From positions 1-29,414 of the IMG/VR virus record IMGVR_UViG_3300029775_000241: a DNA stretch of 29,414 nt; one strand, written 5' to 3'. The notes beneath the pieces were generated by a model. The model had not been told where the DNA came from, made no database searches, and worked only from the letters and a program-made list of their open reading frames with translations. Position 1 is the first letter of the stretch, and each line of letters starts with the position of its first letter. Both the position numbers and the translations under genes were made by a program. This document shows positions 26,450-29,414 of this stretch, in pieces. The DNA comes from a virus. Lineage: Duplodnaviria; Caudoviricetes.

Positions 26450-26610
26450 TAAAACCTAGCTTACAGGGTCTTTTGAAGCATAAAAACAAAATAGCCTACT
26501 TTCTTAAAGGTAAGCATAGATGACATAGAAAAGAAAAACGACGAGTAAACATTGATAAATAAAGATATCTTACGATTTATTGACTTATTCCATAAATAGC
26601 CTAAGTATTT

Positions 26611-26652
26611 CATGTTGAGTGTGTCGTGTTGATGTCACGCAGAGATAAATAA
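26611..26652 (+). pseudogene. Second rlmD/rumA 3'-end fragment (HVECVVLMSRRDK*), putative att site
   Basis: CATGTTGAGTGTGTCGTGTTGATGTCACGC, preceded by a degenerate ATTGACTTATTCC (IDLF) at 26579. Confidence 0.7.
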
Positions 26653-26676
26653 ATAGGCCCAGAAATGGCTTAGTCA

Positions 26677-26729
26677 AAGGTTTTCAGACTTTCGGTAACA
26701 ATCGCCGATTGCTGGAAGCCTTATTTTTT
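26677..26729 (+). terminator. Hairpin with T tract after rlmD fragment 2
   Basis: AAGGTTTTCAG...CTGGAAGCCTT-ATTTTTT; the 3' arm is homologous to that at 24106-24125. Confidence 0.55.
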
Positions 26730-26779
26730 GCTCGTTTAGCTAGGTCGGAACCTAAAAAAAGGTAGTGTTGAGACTAGGG

Positions 26780-26871
26780 TGAGTATTCCGGTTCCGGTGA
26801 CACCACCTGTCCGGTATTAGGAAACCGTCATTCCGGAATAACGGAAACCACGATTCCGGTAGTGGAAACCG
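26780..26871 (+). repeat. IS21 left end with multiple transposase-binding repeats
   Basis: Four TCCGG-N4-6-GG(A/T)(G)A(A/C)ACC-like units at about 22-bp spacing. Confidence 0.85.
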
Positions 26872-26939
26872 TTTATAAATATCCTTTATAATGTATCCAT
26901 GCACCGTTGGTGTAAATACATTTTAAAGGAAGTCACACC

Positions 26940-28496
26940 ATGACCAAATACCGAGAGATTCTTAGATTATCTCATCTGGGGCTCAGCCAGCAGAGCATTG
27001 CAGACAGCTGCAGTGTCTCAAAGAAAACGGTCAATCGGGTTCTTAAGCGGGCAAAGGATATTCAGCTTTCCTGGCCGCTTGAAGCGAACCAGACTGATCA
27101 GGTATTGGCAGATATATTGTTTCCGTCTGCCAATAAGCATTCGGCATCTTCGCAAAAGCGTATGCCGGATTTCAACTACATCCGCAAGGAGTTGCTCCGC
27201 AATGGGGTCAATAAAAAGCTCCTGTGGACGGAATACATGGAAGAGTGCCGTTTAGCAGGCGAGAACCCGCTTATGTATTCCCAGTTTTGCTATTACATCC
27301 AGCAGGATGAGCAGAAACGCCGTGCAACAATGCATATCGACCGTAAACCCGGCGAACAGATCGAAGTAGACTGGGCCGGAGATCCGGCGCACATCATTGA
27401 TCCGGATACCGGTGAAATCATCGACGCATGGCTGTTTGTTGGTGTTATGACCTACAGCATGTATCCTTATGTGGAGGCTTTTATTAACGAGAAGCAAAAC
27501 GCATGGATTTCTGCCCATGTCCATATGTACGAATACTTTGGCGGTGTCGCTAAGATTCTTGTACCGGACAACTGCAAAACAGCCGTTATACACAATAAGG
27601 ACTGGTATAACCAGCAGGTCAACACAGTTTACCATGAAATGGCTGAGCACTATGGCACAGCCATCATCCCAGCCCGGGTCAGGGCACCCAAGGACAAGCC
27701 GAATGCGGAAGGCAGTGTGAATGTCATTTCCACCTGGATTACCGCCGCATTACGCAACGAACAGTTCTTCTCAGTGGTCGAATTAAATCGTGCTATCCAT
27801 GAAAAACTGGAAGAATTCAGCCATCGCCCTTTTCAAAAGAAAGAGGGCAGCCGGTTTGAAATCTTCCGCAACGAAGAACTGCCATTGCTGGCTCCCTTAC
27901 CTGCGTCCCCTTACGAACTGGCGGAATGGAAACAAGCCACCGTTCAGTTCAATTATCACATATCTTGCAACGGAATGCTATATTCAGTTCCGTATGAATA
28001 CATAAAACGCAAGGTTGATGTACGGATAACCGATAAGACTATTGAGATTTTCTATAACCATAACCGCATTGCCTCCCACCGCCGTCTGTATGGCCGTAAG
28101 GGGCAGTATGCCACCATTGTGGAGCACATGCCGGAAGACCATCAGAAATACCTGGAATGGAACGGCAATCGATTCCGCAGATGGGCTGAGCGGATTGGTG
28201 CCAATACGTACCAGGTCGTGGATGCCATCCTTACCTCCAAATGTGTGGAACAGCAATCTTATCGCAGCTGTATGGGGCTACTGAAGCTGGCAGACAAATA
28301 TTCAGCTGACAGACTTGAAGCCTCCTGCAAAAAGGCCCTTAGTTACACGGCCTCGCCCAGCTATAAGAGCATAAAGAACATACTCTCTGCCGGGCGGGAT
28401 AAAACAGCTGATACGTCCGTCGACAAAACGACGGAGTCCGAAACCACACAGAACAGATACGCCATCACCAGAGGCGCTGATTATTACAGGAGGTAA
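26940..28496 (+). CDS. istA: IS21 transposase IstA
   Basis: N-terminal HTH; DDE residues in EVDWAG, VPDN and KPNAEGSV. Confidence 0.95.
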   Translation: MTKYREILRLSHLGLSQQSIADSCSVSKKTVNRVLKRAKDIQLSWPLEANQTDQVLADILFPSANKHSASSQKRMPDFNYIRKELLRNGVNKKLLWTEYMEECRLAGENPLMYSQFCYYIQQDEQKRRATMHIDRKPGEQIEVDWAGDPAHIIDPDTGEIIDAWLFVGVMTYSMYPYVEAFINEKQNAWISAHVHMYEYFGGVAKILVPDNCKTAVIHNKDWYNQQVNTVYHEMAEHYGTAIIPARVRAPKDKPNAEGSVNVISTWITAALRNEQFFSVVELNRAIHEKLEEFSHRPFQKKEGSRFEIFRNEELPLLAPLPASPYELAEWKQATVQFNYHISCNGMLYSVPYEYIKRKVDVRITDKTIEIFYNHNRIASHRRLYGRKGQYATIVEHMPEDHQKYLEWNGNRFRRWAERIGANTYQVVDAILTSKCVEQQSYRSCMGLLKLADKYSADRLEASCKKALSYTASPSYKSIKNILSAGRDKTADTSVDKTTESETTQNRYAITRGADYYRR

Positions 28497-28502
28497 ATGA
28501 CC

Positions 28503-29279
28503 ATGACCAATCAAAGTACGATTGATAAATTAATTGAAATGCGTCTGACATCCATGTCAAATGCATTCATCAACCAGCTAAACGACTCCAGGATGAAGGA
28601 TATCCCTTTCGAAGACCGTTTCTCCATGCTGGTAGACATTGAATACAGCAATCGAAAGAACAACCGCTTAAAAAGGTTGATCAAGAATGCTGGATTCGAC
28701 CAACCGGAAGCGTACATCGGAGATATCGATTACAAATCCGGCCGCAAGCTGAACCGGTCTCTTATCAGCAGACTGGCGACTTGCGAATATATCATTGAAC
28801 ACCGAAATCTTTTTATTACCGGTGCAACAGGCAGCGGTAAGACATACATGGCTTGTGCTTTTGGCATAGAGGCGTGTAAACACTATTTTACGACCAGGTA
28901 TGTCAGACTTCCCGACCTTCTAATAGAACTGGAGATGGCCAGGAATGAAGGCACTTACAAGAAGGTTCAGGCCAAATATGCCAATCCCATTCTTCTCATC
29001 ATTGATGAATGGCTGCTGTTGAAACCGACTGAGACAGAGCAGCACGACATCCTGGAGTTGCTTCACAGGAGGCGGAAAAGATCATCAACCATCTTCTGCT
29101 CCCAGTACCATGATAATGGTTGGTTTGATCAACTTGGCGGGGAGTCCAGCCCTCTCGCAGAAGCAATCCTTGACCGCATCAAATATGATGCCTATAAAAT
29201 CAGCATAACCAGCACGGATCCGAACAACTACAGATCCATGCGTGAGGTATATGGACTGGACAAGTCCTTAAGCGAGTAA
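28503..29279 (+). CDS. istB: IS21 helper ATPase IstB
   Basis: Walker A GATGSGKT, Walker B LLIIDEW, AILDRI. AGGAGG RBS 9 nt before ATG 28503 (ATG 28497 is an alternative start). Confidence 0.95.
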   Translation: MTNQSTIDKLIEMRLTSMSNAFINQLNDSRMKDIPFEDRFSMLVDIEYSNRKNNRLKRLIKNAGFDQPEAYIGDIDYKSGRKLNRSLISRLATCEYIIEHRNLFITGATGSGKTYMACAFGIEACKHYFTTRYVRLPDLLIELEMARNEGTYKKVQAKYANPILLIIDEWLLLKPTETEQHDILELLHRRRKRSSTIFCSQYHDNGWFDQLGGESSPLAEAILDRIKYDAYKISITSTDPNNYRSMREVYGLDKSLSE

Positions 29280-29289
29280 ACTCGCATGC

Positions 29290-29358
29290 GGTTTCCCAGT
29301 TCCGGACTCTCGGTTTCCAATTTTCCGGAACTGCGGTTTCACCGCACCAGAATATTCA
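29290..29358 (-). repeat. IS21 right end repeats
   Basis: GGTTTCC-N4-5-TCCGGA units, inverted relative to the left end, ending in GAATATTCA. Confidence 0.85.
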
Positions 29359-29414
29359 TAGGGAACTACTTTTTGCTTTGCGAGTTTAGAGAACTGTTGT
29401 TTTTAGGATAGGTT

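Larger units (their letters stand above)
24022..26610. mobile_element. AT-rich mini-island (IME/CIME-like) between two rlmD 3'-end copies
   Basis: Sharp drop in GC relative to the BREX block; contains a serine recombinase; bounded by HVE(T/C)VVLMSR fragments; direct repeat AAACATTGATAAAT near both ends. Confidence 0.55.
26780..29358 (+). mobile_element. IS21-family insertion sequence (2579 bp)
   Basis: TG...CA ends with inverted repeats TGAGTATTCCGGT / TGAATATTCTGGT; TAGGG duplicated at 26775-26779 and 29359-29363; carries istA and istB. Confidence 0.95.

Noticed and set aside
26780-26871. Novel tandem repeat array
   Set aside because: It is explained by the multiple terminal repeats typical of IS21 ends and is mirrored at the right end.

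Overview
Firmicute (Bacillota-type) accessory region with four parts. (1) 1-5830, minus strand: regulation/replication arm of a prophage (sigma70-region-4 regulator, DUF2800 nuclease, DUF2815 SSB, family A DNA polymerase, DUF4406-like protein, P4-type primase running off the left edge). (2) 6128-23822, plus strand: divergently transcribed defence cargo consisting of an NLR-like NACHT ATPase with an unrecognised ~270-aa N-terminal domain, a 63-aa excisionase-like HTH, a complete type 1 BREX operon (brxA-brxB-brxC-pglX-pglZ-brxL) and, directly coupled to brxL, a type II Thoeris system (TIR, TM-Macro, TIR). (3) 23844-26730: stacked fragments of the 3' end of rlmD/rumA (DLFPRT-like and HVETVVLMSR-like pieces), which look like att scars. 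They bracket an AT-rich mini-island with a short serine recombinase, a small membrane protein and a metallophosphoesterase. (4) 26780-29358: intact IS21-family element with a 5-bp TAGGG target duplication. The most notable unexplained signals are a repeated bipartite motif that looks like a promoter for the phage sigma-like factor, 10-bp-phased repeats shared by the NACHT and HTH/BREX promoters, cross-complementary hairpins over the sigma RBS, and a NACHT fusion in the position where a repressor would normally be. All family assignments come from motif recognition and gene order, not from database searches.
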